Position numbers and translations under genes: made by a program
Assembly (NCBI GenBank): GCA_000320545.1
Contig: ADNK01002131.1
Span: 1 to 64,000 of the forward strand
Direction: 5' to 3'
From: Bigelowiella natans CCMP2755
Taxonomy: Eukaryota; Protista; Cercozoa
DNA length: 64,000 nt
Part shown: positions 49,224 to 62,016 of the stretch, piece by piece
Numbering within the stretch: the first letter of the stretch is position 1
How the letters are laid out: the number at the start of each line of letters is the position of its first letter
The notes under the pieces: generated by a model
Database searches by the model: none
Told to the model about the DNA's origin: nothing
Seen by the model: the letters and a program-made list of their open reading frames with translations, nothing else

Positions 49224-49879
49224 TCATAATATTGAGAGAATCGAAATACCAGTAACTTATCAGAATTATGCTGTATAGACTGAAAGAAGAAGAGCATTTG
49301 TTTCTACTAATACTTGCTGTAGAGGTGCTTATCCAGTATCAATGAAGTTATTAACATGACATATTTAAGCACCTTTGATTAGTCGCCAGCCTTTTGTTAC
49401 ATACATTACATTTGAACGAGAGGTCCTAGGAAATAATCCAAATTAGCTCTATTTGGTGCTTCTGGCGCTAACTATGACAATTCTTCTTCCATGGTAAAGA
49501 ATGAAAATGTAAAAAATAATGTAAATTTGATATAAGTGACGAAATGCTACAGCCTCCGTCTCCGCCTTCCATATATTTGTATTTATAGTGTAACGTGACA
49601 CCATGGAGTTGTTGATGAACCGTCTCCTCCGAACCAAGCACCTCGCCTATCAAAAACATCAATGTGAGCTTACTAAAGGCAACTGAAGGAGTCTGTTGCA
49701 TCATGAAGAACTATATTTCTTGATGTTTTAATAACAGCTACAGCAATAAAACATATCAGACCTTTTCGTGAAGCTTCAATTCATATTTCTGCACAAATCG
49801 TGCCGAACAATCTAATTTGAATATTTGCAGGCACAACTTTAATATTTGAAACAAATATCACACGCGCGCACACACATAC

Positions 49880-49899
49880 TTAACACACACACACACACC

Positions 49900-49938
<39 letters not shown>

Positions 49939-49943
49939 ACACC

Positions 49944-49981
<38 letters not shown>

Positions 49982-50018
49982 TTATATGGGGTGTGTGTGT
50001 GTGTGTGTGTGTGTGTGT
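49880..50018. repeat. Quasi-palindromic compound microsatellite (CA)n-(AT)n-(GT)n
   Basis: CACACCCCATATA...(AT)n...TATATGGGGTGTG form an inverted pair. Confidence 0.85.
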
Positions 50019-50510
50019 ATTCTTTTACTCTGGCATTTGTAGCGTTTTATTCCGTAGTGCGTACGGTTGTGCACAATTAGGTTCCCTGTAGTAAATACAA
50101 TCTAATGAGAGCGAGAATAACAGCAGTAATATTTTATGGCTTTTCTAATGTTCATATATTTTATATGCACCGTAACTTGCTTTCATTGCCATTCATAGGT
50201 CACGAACCTTTAATATTGAAGAGACGCGAGCAAACTTTACACTTATATGGCTTGAAGCCTTCGATACCATGAACAAACAGCACAGCAAAAACGACGTCGG
50301 AAGGTCAAAGATTTCTGAGTCAGAATACGAGCGATGTTTCGCATGATACAAATCTGGTCGTATACTTTTCACCCAGCTTTCATTCGTGATAAGATGAGCA
50401 TTGTATTACATACTTCCATAACGCACCGCACCGACAAAAACACAAAGTGTGGCATACTAAGCACGAGCGCCAACCAAGAACATTCATGATCTAATACAAG
50501 TTTTCAGTCA

Positions 50511-50848
50511 CCTGTGTGCGTTCGGAGGTGAATATTTAAGTGCGAGTTGGTAGGGAAACTTTTCCCACACTCGGTGCACGCGTAATTTTTGAGAGGGGGG
50601 AATAGATCCTCGTAGTGCTTTCTCATATGTCTGACAGGCCGTAATTGGGATATCCAAGGGGGTGGAAGGGGGGAGGAGAAGACCAAAACGCCGATTATAA
50701 GTGTTTCAGGGTTCTGTATTCTCTCAACATCTTCTCTGCGACAAATTTCTAACTTATCCAACGCTTGCTATCTTATTATTTTTCTTATACGTGCATTACC
50801 GGGCGATGTTGGACTTGGTTGTGTAGGAAAGATGGCAGATAGGGCAGC
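50511..50848 (-). CDS. C2H2 zinc-finger protein (two fingers seen; full gene bounds unresolved)
   Basis: Exons CPICHLSYTTKSNIAR|HMRKHYEDLFPPLKNYACTECGKSFPTNSHLNIHLRTHTG| joined by a GT-AG intron. Confidence 0.75.
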
Positions 50849-52047
50849 TATTGTTACTCGTGACATTGAGAAACAAAAGTTGCGACATGATGGGCTTTTT
50901 CATAGGCTGCTCTGTCTCATTTATGAGGCTGCCTCGCACTCGAATTATTTCATTCAGCAACCGACAGTTTCTACTGTGCTGTGCAATATCGGAGGATGCA
51001 AAGTACCTGAGGGAGGAGAGAGACCCTAAGCGGAATCAATATGGATATCAGACTGCGAAGCGTGTTATCTTCCACAGTGTTGACAAAATTCTACAATATT
51101 GCATGACTGTATGGTAGTCTGGGGCCCCGATGAACCTGAATTGCGCATCATATACAGGAAACAGGAAACGCTCTTTAAGGCTCCGGTTCTCTTCTCGATT
51201 GCACAGGGAAGAATGCAAAACACTATCCACAGGCAATCAATATATTTCTAAAAATATTGTATGAACGAAAATGCATGCTGGAAGGAAAAACAGGGCTTGT
51301 TAGTCGCAGATGGAGCCGATAGTGGTCGGGCGCTGGCGGAATAACTGCTCCGGTAACGGCAACTTTGGAGGGAATTGACTGCAGTTTGTGCATTTATGGC
51401 TCACAAGAGGTTGTGATTTCGGGGACAACAGGCAAAGAATCCCAGATTAAATCAACCCTCACGTTCAACCAAAGGAATATGGAGCGCCAGGGAAGGAGGC
51501 AAAAGGGGAGGGGCGCATGAGCGGCCCTTGTGGGGTATCTCTGGGATGGGACAATTCGACATTTCTAAGCCCAGGCGATTTTTGCAGAAATCCAGGAAAT
51601 CATGCCAAAATGTGTGATATATTACTGCAGAACCCCTAGTGGCAGTTGGAGTATGTTAGGAGAAAGTCCATCAACAACAAATAGGTCCATAATAAGCGAT
51701 ATTGTGGTGATAACTTCGTTGCGACAGAGCATGCACCCTACGAATGCTAGAATGCTCGAGGAACGGAGGACGGTCACTCCCTTTCGTGCAAAAACACCGC
51801 TGGCAGGATCACATTTATTGGAAAGGGCCCGATTTTCAGGAAATTTCCTGGGAAATCCTGGAAATTGATCTCGTACAATACTTGTGGGTAGGCTACGAGC
51901 TCAGATCCTGCCCATGCACTTTTGGAAAAAAAATTCTACAAATAAAGGGCGGATGATGTCTGATGTGAGCCTCCCCGTGCGATTTCAGAAAAAAATGGAC
52001 GGCGCTGTTGCGTCTCTTCAAAAAGCGTATTTCCAATCCAAAACAGA

Positions 52048-52911
52048 ATGGAGTACGAGAAGGAAGAAACACGTGCACTTGAGGAGATTGAAATCGAAGG
52101 CAAGGAATGCGGGAAAGAGGATGAAGCTCAAACAGTAGCGGGTAGAATTCTTGAGAAATGCACATCGTTAAACGTGCGAAAGGCACAAGGAGCCTCGCCT
52201 AAGAAGGAAAGGCGTTCGAGCTTCTCCCCCGTAATCAAAGATAGAGAATCGGAAAGATTCATGCAATCGGTACGTGACATTGGTTTTTGTCGCATTTGCT
52301 GTAGCCTAACTCTTTTGTCTTGCGTTTTCCCAATCACCACAGATCCTGGAATTTGCGAAGGAAAACAAGAAGACATGTTACGCCCTCCTGCTAAATCAAA
52401 TCAGCGTGGATGTGGAAAAATCCAATGGAAAAGACTCCAGTAATTGATTTTGTGACACTGTTAATGTCCTTGACTCTGATGTTCTCTATTTTCGAATTTC
52501 GGGCCAATGCATGATTTAACAGTCTAATTGCTTTGACACAAATTGTTTCAGAGGCTGTGGAAACTGCCGTGCTTTTGCATGAGGACGGGAAACACGAGTG
52601 GCTCCTTTGGCCTGACAAACGATTCAAGGTGCCTTGCCTCATGTCACCGCATGATTTGAACAAAAAGTGAGCCCAATCATTGACACTGCACTAAGAATGG
52701 AGAAATGCTATTGGCTTTGAGTATCCTTGGTCGTAGCTCTTTGAATTTCACCGCGTGTGCCGCTCTGTCCCGAGTTTTGCCACTTTTTCGCTTACATGAT
52801 GTCGGTTGGAAACCAGACCTTGATAAATTTCGACAAGAGGTTGATGTCGCGCTTTGCCATGCACCAGAAAACCACGCCCCGGTGGATCAAGGTGCATGAG
52901 AAGGGGGGCCA

Positions 52912-52965
<54 letters not shown>

Positions 52966-53292
52966 TATTTAAATGGTCACTAGAGGGACATATAGGTTGA
53001 TCGCCCTATCACCACCATGGTAGAAGAATTTGAACATAAATGTCATTAACAATTAAAATAATTTCATGATGATTATTCGCGACTCAATCATGTAGATATT
53101 GACCGAAGCCAACTTGGTTCCTGGGGTAAGGATGAAGGTTTGGTGGGCAGGGGAAAAGACTTGGTACGTGGTCGTAGTTCTTAGCTTGGAATGACATGAA
53201 CAAGTCTGCCAGTCGTCTTCCTCATCGGTCGTCGTCAGTGAGAAAGAAGTCTACTAGACGTCAGATGAGTTGATAACACACCACACACACAC

Positions 53293-53331
<39 letters not shown>

Positions 53332-55923
53332 TATGTGTACATGTGTGTGTACATATATGTATGTACATGATATATTTTAATTTGTATGTAGAATTGTTGA
53401 TCTACTTTAATTTGCGTTGTTACAACAAGGTATCCCGGTCATGCAAATCGGTTCACCTGTGATGGCCTCAAAGTTGTATATGACGAGGACGATCCAGCGA
53501 ACAAGTCTTTTGATTCGGTAAGTAACGCGAGACGCGCTTGTTATATTTAAATTTCTGGATTCTCTTCTCTTCTCCCATTGTCCTACGAAATCCTTATGCT
53601 AAAACTGTCATCATCATTGTAATCATTGCCATTCCCATGTCATCATCAGTAGCAATGTCACTACCCACTAACCGCCCCCCCCTTACGGAGCTATAATAAT
53701 TTAGCTTCAGTACAAGTTTTTCGGAAAGTGGCCGCGACCAGGCAGGAACAACTTGGTGTATTGGCTGATGGGTGTTGTACAGAAAGTGCAGAAACTGCTC
53801 GACCTGTCACAGTTGAGGTCAAGCATGATGGGGAAGTTCTCATCCAGTGAGTGAGTTTCTGCTTCCTAATCATAAGCAAAACATGGCAATTCGATGAATA
53901 ACCCCCACCACTCCCCTGCCCCCCCTCCAATTTTGAACTCTCAGGAGAGGTGATTGATCTGACGAATGACATTCCCTCCTCTTCCAATTCCGCCGCTGCC
54001 ATCACCATCACTGAAAAGCAGATGATTCCTTTGAACAGAGACTCAAAGGGTGTTGAGTGCCGCTGTGGCGACACCGATGATGGGTAGAATTACGTACGAC
54101 TGAAATTCTTCATGCATTCCAACATGATGATGTATTTGAAAGGCTGGTGCTACTATTTTTTCTCCTTTTCCTTTTCATCATTTTCCTTCTCCATCATCAG
54201 CAGTGTTGTCATTCGTTTCCCGTCTTTCTCCTCTTATCTTTTTTGTGCTCCCCTATCTATCAGTTTGCTGGTGCAATGCGACAAGTGCAAGAAGTGGCAG
54301 CACTTTGAGTGTGTCGGCTACGATGCAGAGAGGGACAAAAATGACGAGTACTTGTGTGATAAGTGCGGTGACTGGGGCCCCGAACCTAAAACTATCATGA
54401 TCGACAGGGATATGAGGTATGTGATAGTAGTAGTAGCAGTAGCGGCAGCAGCAGCAGCAGTAGCAGCAGTAATAGCAGCAGCGAGAGAAACAACGTGAAA
54501 TGATAGAAAAGCAGTACGGCGATTGAGCCCAAACTCATGGTGATATTCTCACTTATTATGATCCCCCACCCCCTTCTGCGTCGTCCTCCTTTTTAACTTG
54601 TAGCTGGATTCAAGTGGCGAAAAAATTCAACAAGCCTCTACACGCGCTTTACGAAAAGAATCGGCGGCAGTATCCAGAACTGAAGCTGACTTCGATGCTC
54701 AAGGAGTCAAGTTTGCTTGTGCTGCCACGGGCGAATGGTTTCACCATCACGAAACAAGGAGGCGTGGAAAGTGACGAAAACGTTGTCCTCTGCCCTTGCT
54801 CGCTCATGCTGGAAAGTGTAATGTTTCAATTTGTAGTCGTTGTAGCGTTAGTAGCATTAGTAGTAGTAGTAGTAGTAGTAGTAGTTGAAGGAATGATGGG
54901 TTGTAGTTTACAAATGATTGATTGACCCTTGCACATGCATGTATGTAATTATCAGCCATGCATTTGTTGTGGTGGTAAATATGGGAGTACTAAGTAGCAG
55001 TAGAGATTGAAAAACACAGACAGGCACACACACACACACACACACACACACGAACGCACACAGAATGCCAGGATCGTACATGTTGTGCCCACAGCTCAAT
55101 GTACTCCACATTAGAGTCGAACTGGGCGGATGACAAGCAAAATGACTCGTGTTTTGGTGCTGGTAAGACATCGTCGTATCATGGATATCACATCATCACT
55201 ACTAGTGTTATCATAAAATATGTAAATGTGTAAATTTGATACAGTTACCATCACCACCATCATTAATTCTACTGCCTTCGTGATCGCTATCACCCACTCC
55301 TCCTCCTCCCCCTCGCTTAATGAATGTTTGTGTTTCTTTCTAGACAAAGGAGGGCTATCAGAAGGGAGTTTGCTGCTCTCTGAAGACCTCATCTCTCCGA
55401 CTGACGATCTTGTAATGATGCCCCACAAAGCACAAATAAAAATATATACACATTACCATAGCCTTCTCTGTTCTGAAGCTCATGTGAGTATTTTCGTCCA
55501 TCACAGTCTGGACGACGGTTCTGAGATAGTCGTTGGCAGGAGCCTCATTAGGGTTAGAGAGAGAGAAAGGCCGAGAATGAGACTTGCGGGAGTAGAGGGG
55601 GAAGGGAAGAGAGTAGCACACGATAATCCGTATGTATTATATTAATACAATTTATATGTAAGATGTATAAATTATACCAATATTATGAAAGACGACGTTT
55701 TAGCGTATTATTCACACTGATCATCGTTTAGGAGCTTCCAAGTGAGAAGCTGAAGGTGGGGGACGACGTATGGATCTACCGGAACGGGAAATCTTGGTGT
55801 CCTGGGGTTGTCAGTGTTGAGAAATCACACGATAGGTAGTAGTAGCAGTAGCAGCAGCAGCAGTAGTAGTAGTAGTAGTAGTAGTACCACCACCACATCT
55901 CCACAGCAACAGGCAGGAAGAAG

Positions 55924-55955
<32 letters not shown>

Positions 55956-56095
55956 GCAGCATCGCTCACACCATACATCTATATGTCGCATGTAATAAAA
56001 TGGGAATTATGTGAGAAGATGATGGCTGCGGTGGGGAGAAACGGTGACGAGATAGTGTGCGTAGGATAGAGAACTACCATCCAGAGTCACCCAGG

Positions 56096-56142
<47 letters not shown>

Positions 56143-57102
56143 ATTTTCATTCATCCCCTGGCAGCGGGGGCACAGAGCATCTGGTTAGTGGCCGAGTAGC
56201 CTGCTGATAGCCACATAGCAAATAGTAAAAACAAAATCACGTCAGCTGCTCTATTTGTCCTTCCCCCTCCACTATAACAGAATCAAAGTGATGGTTGATA
56301 ATCATGAGGAGCTCATGCCTACAAACCGTCTAAGGCCGCGTCGCAGAACTAAAGTCATCGTCCAGCCTATGGATAGCCTGCTCATGCTCAATTCACGCAG
56401 CAAGAAGCTACTAAAGATCAAACAGACTAAGAGAAAGCGGAAGAAGGAGGAAGGAACGCTCTCCTCGCAGAAGAAGAAGAAGAAGAAGAAGAAGAAGAAG
56501 AGGAAGAGCCAGGTTAATAGGAAGAAAAGTAGCAGCAAGAGAAACGCCAATAAAATCCATGAGAAGAGGAAGCGGAGAATATCGGAGGAGGAAGAAGAGG
56601 AGGAAAACTTAGAGGGAGGAACAGACGATGCGGGTAGTGATACATCGAATACTGGCAATTCTGAGATAGAAGCAAGTGTGCTCCGAAGAGATATTGAATG
56701 TCTAGAGGGTACTGTCGAGACCCTAACGCATTCCAACTGGGACATGACAAATAAGGTAGTATTGATAATAGAGATTAAAGAGGAGAACAACGAGTAATAG
56801 ACATCTTTAACTGGAAGGGGAGCTTCGGAAGCAGTCCCAAATTTCGATACTAGTGATAGCATTAAATTGTGAGAAAATACAAAGCATTAAGTGAGAGAGT
56901 GAGAAAGGAAAACCCCGAAGAAGAAGGGATTGTGTGGTTCTGCTTGCAAAGAATGAGATTATCGATTTGATGTTGCCTTTAGTTCGACAGGATGGAGAAA
57001 CAACTTTTCATGGTGACGAAGATGGTGAAAGAGATACATAATAGAGGCAGAAGAGGAAAAGGGAGGCAGGCGACTAAGAGAGCGCGCTCAGTAAAACAGT
57101 AA
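52048..57102 (+). CDS. Chromatin-associated protein: Tudor-like, PHD finger, LysM-like, second Tudor-like, basic tract, coiled coil
   Basis: LVPGVRMKVWWAGEKTW|YPGH...VVYDEDD (Tudor-like); VECRCGDTDDG|LLVQCDKCKKWQHFECVG...YLCDKC (PHD); WIQVAKKFNKPLHALYEKN...LLVLP (LysM-like); LKVGDDVWIYRNGKSWCPGVV; last exon FDRMEKQL...SVKQ* at 57102. 5' end uncertain and may start ~51600. Confidence 0.7.
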
Positions 57103-57929
57103 AACCACACAACAGAAGACGACAACAAAAGTATGAAAAAGAAGAGGAATCCCAACAAATTTCGTTTTGATAAAATTTCATTGTTGGCATTATATCTTCT
57201 AGAAAATGCTGCGCTTGTGGTCTCGCGATCCCTCTCCTCCTCTCCTCCTCCTTCTCCTCCTCCTCCTCTGAAGTATTGACGTTCATTGCTATCATGATCT
57301 CACCTTCAAAACCATTAGCGAAATGTAGCACTTGCGTTTCAGAGTTTTATCATGTTACAATCTTATCGTGATCATGTAATTATCACCGACATGCCACTGT
57401 AGGACGGGATATATGACACCTTCCCGTACACCGGAGATGAAAATTTTTCGTGAACTCGTTTTGGTATAAGCAGCAGCAGCAGCAAGCGCTGATTGTATAT
57501 CGGGAAGCAGCATTGCTTGTAAATAAAACATGTCCAATCACCCACCCCTGGCATCTAAATCTATAGCTGAAAAAAAAACAGTTAAGACAAAACCCCTTCC
57601 GTTACAATCGGGTCGCTAGTCGATATTTGAAATACAAAAATGTGAGGAGGAAGAGGTGGGGAAGTAGGAGAGAGGGGAGGGTTAGGGATATTGAGATGAT
57701 AGCCGCTGGCTGACTTTTGCGCGAATGTGGTTAAATAATCCGTTTAATCATTTAAAACTCCGCCGGATATTCGTTCTATTTTCCGTCACGGCCTTCCTAG
57801 CGCATCCAACTTCTTGTGACTGCTACACCCCCCACCTTTTTGCTTTTTCGGTTTAAATGCTGCTACTTTTTGTCTTCTTCCTCTTTCTACCTATATCTTT
57901 GGCAAAACAACAAATACTACGCACACAGG

Positions 57930-58107
57930 AAAACCTTGCCGAGCTCAATCGTAAAAACCTTCTGAACGACACCATTCATAACTTCCTACGTGCTACCAAG
58001 GTTGGATGAACATCAACCCATTCACACACGCACACACGCACACGCACACGCACACACACACACACACACGCACACACATGCATGCATGCATGAACATGTA
58101 TATTAAT

Positions 58108-58144
<37 letters not shown>

Positions 58145-59060
58145 TATGTGTGTATTTTATAAACACAGCGTATCATTGTTTGTACATGTTTTTATGTTGC
58201 AGCTGCTAAAAAATTTTTTGCTCCTTTCTTTCCTGCAATATCTACATTACTCAGTGCTTGGAGGATATCGATGGTGGCGAACTGTTGAACGAACGCAAGC
58301 TTTCGGATGATGACATCAAGAAGCTACGTGATTTGATACAGCCTCTCATGGCGAGTACGGATGAAAACAGGTAATATCAACGATCTAGTTTTGGCTGTGC
58401 TGTCCAATCCTACTTCCCTCAAATTCAGCTCGATCTCCTCTTCTTCCCTCCTTCTGACTGTTGGTCCTCGTTTGATGATGATTTATTCTGGCCTTATTCA
58501 TGCTGCTACTGCTCATGATGTTTTGATGTGCCGGTGGAAGCAGCTCCAGCGAATCCTCCTCGGACGACTCCTCTGATTCTGGAGTCCCACAGCGCATGAG
58601 CAACCCTGTTCCATCAGCAAAGCAAAGAATCCCACAACCTTCATCGCCGTCGTCGTCGCCGTCGTCGTCATCGTCGTCGTCGTCATGTTCGTCATTGCCG
58701 TCGTCGCCGCCTCCTCATTTACATTCTTCGTCGAGCACGCAAAAGAGTATAAGCAAAGGAATAAACCCAAGCACAACGGTCAGCAATAGCCTCTCTCGTT
58801 CTCCTCCGTCCCATCCTCCTCCATATCCAGAATTATCTCAACCGCTCCCTCTTCCAAAGGATGGCAAGAATAATTCCGCTGATGCTTCCCAGGTCACTAT
58901 CAGGGGACTACATGAACTGTACGAGAGAGATGCTAGTGGCACGAATAGCCACATTGGCTGCCTATCAACAACGGCAGATAGTACATATGACAACGAAGCA
59001 AGAGAGGAGACAAAAAAAGAAGCCAATGACAAGAATGGTAACGAGTTAAGGGAAGAGTGA
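57930..59060 (+). CDS. Hypothetical Ser/Pro-rich protein, possibly a pseudogene
   Basis: Exons ENLAELNRKNLLNDTIHNFLRATK|CLEDIDGGELL...DENS|SSSESS...ELREE*. The frame reopens after the TGA into ORF 59091. 5' end not resolved. Confidence 0.45.
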
Positions 59061-60084
59061 GAAAATAATAATGTCAAACCGAATGCAACGATGGTGGCAG
59101 CGGTAACAGTGATGACACAAAGGGAAGACAAGGTAGAAGAGACGGCCGGGAACATGGCGAACAATGAACCTCACAAAATGTCCCCACTCGATAAAAGAGA
59201 AATGAATGAACATGAGGTCAATTTTAACCATAATCAACAGGAATGTCTAGATAGCACTTTCTCCTTTGTTTCACATTTTTCGCCCAGACAAGCTTCATCG
59301 AGATACATCATCATTGCTGGGTCATCATGTGCAACAGCGCAAATTGAATCATGTCACCAACATGTGAGCGATGCGCAGTACCATCTCCTGCGGAATGGCT
59401 TCAAAGCTGGACATGGCTTGGACATCAAAACATTTCGATCCTGTTTGCTCTTCCAGCAAATCTTGGTTCTTCAGCAAGTCTTGCTAGTTGGTTCGATCGA
59501 TTCTTCACAAAAAACTTTCCATCCAGCTGAGCTGACACAATTTGGGTGCTCGTTTCAGGGCAACGGTTTGGTCTTTCCAGCACTGCAGCAAGTGTGGACT
59601 GTGGACACAGTGTGCATCACATGTGTGTCATGTGCATCACACATGCGCATGTCTGTTGTCATGCACACCCTTCAAAGCATTCAAATGGGCGTCTCTGTGC
59701 TGCACGATTTGCTCCGCATCACTCCCGTTGCATGGACATGGTCACGCAGAACTGTTCATCACAGAGCATGACACTTTCACATGTGACATTTGTCTGTGCA
59801 TGGCTTCATGGTGTCACATCAATGCCTCAGTCCAATGACACCCATCGCTTGCATTTCATGCACACTGAACGTGTGTGCTTGGCAAGGCCCTGCATGACCC
59901 TGCGTGGGCATGTGGTTGTTGCACATGCCATCAATGTCAGGCATGCATGTGTTCTTGAAGCATTTGACATCTGTGTTGTTGCTGTCAGCATCACCTAGTT
60001 GAAGCCGCATTGTCGCACACTGCTCCCTCTGTGCAAACAATGCCATTCCACTCACTCAGACTCCTCCACGGCCTCAAATCACAT

Positions 60085-60334
60085 CGATTGCACTGCCTCC
60101 CTTCACGAATTGTGTTCCTGCAGGCTCAACGATCGTGCTGCCTCCCTTCATGAATTGCATTCCTGCAGGCTTGTCGATTCTGCTGCCTCCCTTTGTTTCA
60201 TCGTGAAGAGAACAGGGAGCTGTGATTGCAACAGAAGCCAGGAAGCATCGCAGAACTGCACCGGATGATTCATTGTGAAGAGAACAAGGAGCTGTGATTG
60301 CAACAGAAGCCAGGAAGCACGAGGAAACTGCACC
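60085..60334. repeat. Tandem repeats: 45-bp unit x ~2.4 (60085-60193), then 72-bp unit x 2 (60197-60334)
   Basis: Units start at 60085, 60130 and 60175, then 60197 and 60269; both periods are multiples of 3. Confidence 0.9.
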
Positions 60335-61135
60335 TGCAGTTGCATTGCGCAGCGCTGACAACACAACTGTGCAATTGTTGGAGGGCTGGGTGCGGTGCGA
60401 TGTGCGCGCAGTGAGCAAAAGCTAGCAAACGAGCAGGTGGCGGTGTTCAGGTTGAACTGTGAGGTCATCATGCGAGGGTTGACCGCCCTCTGACAAGTGT
60501 CAAGCTTGTCATCAGTCACATGCAATTGCATTGGGTTTCTGGGCCGCGACAAGGCTAGCAAGTTCAAGAACTTTGTGCAACTGAAGCCAATCAACGTGAG
60601 CGACTTGTTCAAACCCGAACAAAAAAGGTTCATCAGTGGAACGTGCGAGTTCAAGGTCGATTCAAAGGCACGATTGAAGTGCAGTGACAAAAGAAACCGA
60701 GAGTGCAAATCTGACGGAAATGAAACTTGCAAATTGACGCGCATGTCCATTGGCTTCCCCTTGCTTCAGTGGGCGATCAAACAGTGCCATCTGCATTGTC
60801 ACAGACATGTGATGCCATGTGTGCACCACACGTGATGTTGCTGTGTCCATCACAAGTGCAAGCCCTTTTTTGGCCCCGAGCAACAGTCCTTCTTCACCTC
60901 ACATGCCCCAAATGTGCCTTCTCCATGTCACAAGTTGTCATTTCTGTGTCTTTTGTTGTGCATGCAGCAACTGGCAGCGATGCGCAAATGCAATGCAAAC
61001 TTGATGAAGCGCTTCATTTCAAACACCTTGCAAAAGACATGGCTTTTCATTTCAGCATTGTGTGTGCAGATTGCAAGCCTACGATGCATGCGCATTCTCA
61101 AAGGGACACTTGTTTCATGCACACCGTGTCTCGCG

Positions 61136-61705
61136 TCATTTGAATTTCATGATGCAATGTGCACAGAGGTTGATGTCAAGCGTGATGAGGACAAATTGTT
61201 CAGAATTTGCATCTGCACTTTCAGTTTGCCATCTGTCATCAAAAACTCTCCCAAGATCCATGGCCTTCTCTTTTGTCATGATTTCTTTTGTCGCAAAGAG
61301 ACAAACCATGGTCTCATGTCCATTGTCCTCATCATCGTGTTCAAAACATGGTTCGCATGTCTTTTTTTTGAATCTCCGTGATTGAGCTTCAGATGAAGAT
61401 TTGTGAGTCTGGGCATGATGCAAATGCTTCTCGAGTTCATCAGGTAGCACATGCTTGATCTCTTCTTCTTTGGTGGTGTTTTCAGTTGATCCAGATCCTT
61501 TCAGCACAGGCCTCACCGGCGCTTGTGTACGAAGCCTTTTGCGACGGACCTCTTCTGCAAATTGGTCAATGGTTTTGTTCTCTTCCTCGTCCTCACTGTC
61601 ACTGTCATCACTGCTCGCAAGGTCGATCACAGTTTTTTCTTCAATTTTCCACGGCGGGCAAACGTCTGGAACTTGGCAGGCTTTTCTTTTCCTGGACATT
61701 GGCAT
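61136..61705 (-). pseudogene. Hypermutated intronless ORF (189 aa, no Tyr)
   Basis: Basic N-terminus SRKRK and an acidic tract. 0 Tyr, 7 Cys, 8 His; KTCEPCFEHDDEDNGHET reads naturally as KTYEPYFEYDDEDNGYET if TA is restored. Confidence 0.55.
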
Positions 61706-61802
61706 GTTTTAGAGGTTGGTTGGGCAGGTGAGGGGTTTGAGTTGTGAGGACTTTGGTTGAAGAGGAAGTGAGGGGCCGAGCCTTGGATTTCAACAGAACA
61801 AA

Positions 61803-62016
61803 CCACGTGGCCTTTGACCAGTGTTCTCAATGTGCCACGTGGTGGACCCCGGCAAAGCCATGTGGTGCACTCACCTGGACTTCTCAATGAGCCACGTGGC
61901 TGACCCAGGAAATGCCATGTGGTACACTCACTTTGACTTCTCTGTGAGCCACGTGGCTGACCCAGGAAAAGCCATGTAGACACGTCAAAAATGAGCCCAA
62001 TGCAAAGCCACGTGGC
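61803..62016. repeat. 57-bp tandem repeat x ~3 with CCACGTGG palindromes
   Basis: Units at 61824, 61881 and 61938; CCACGTGG at ~61803, 61835, 61892, 61949 and 62008. Confidence 0.9.

Noticed and set aside
61803-62016. CRISPR array
   Set aside because: The units repeat in full with no unique spacers, the context is eukaryotic, and no cas genes are present.
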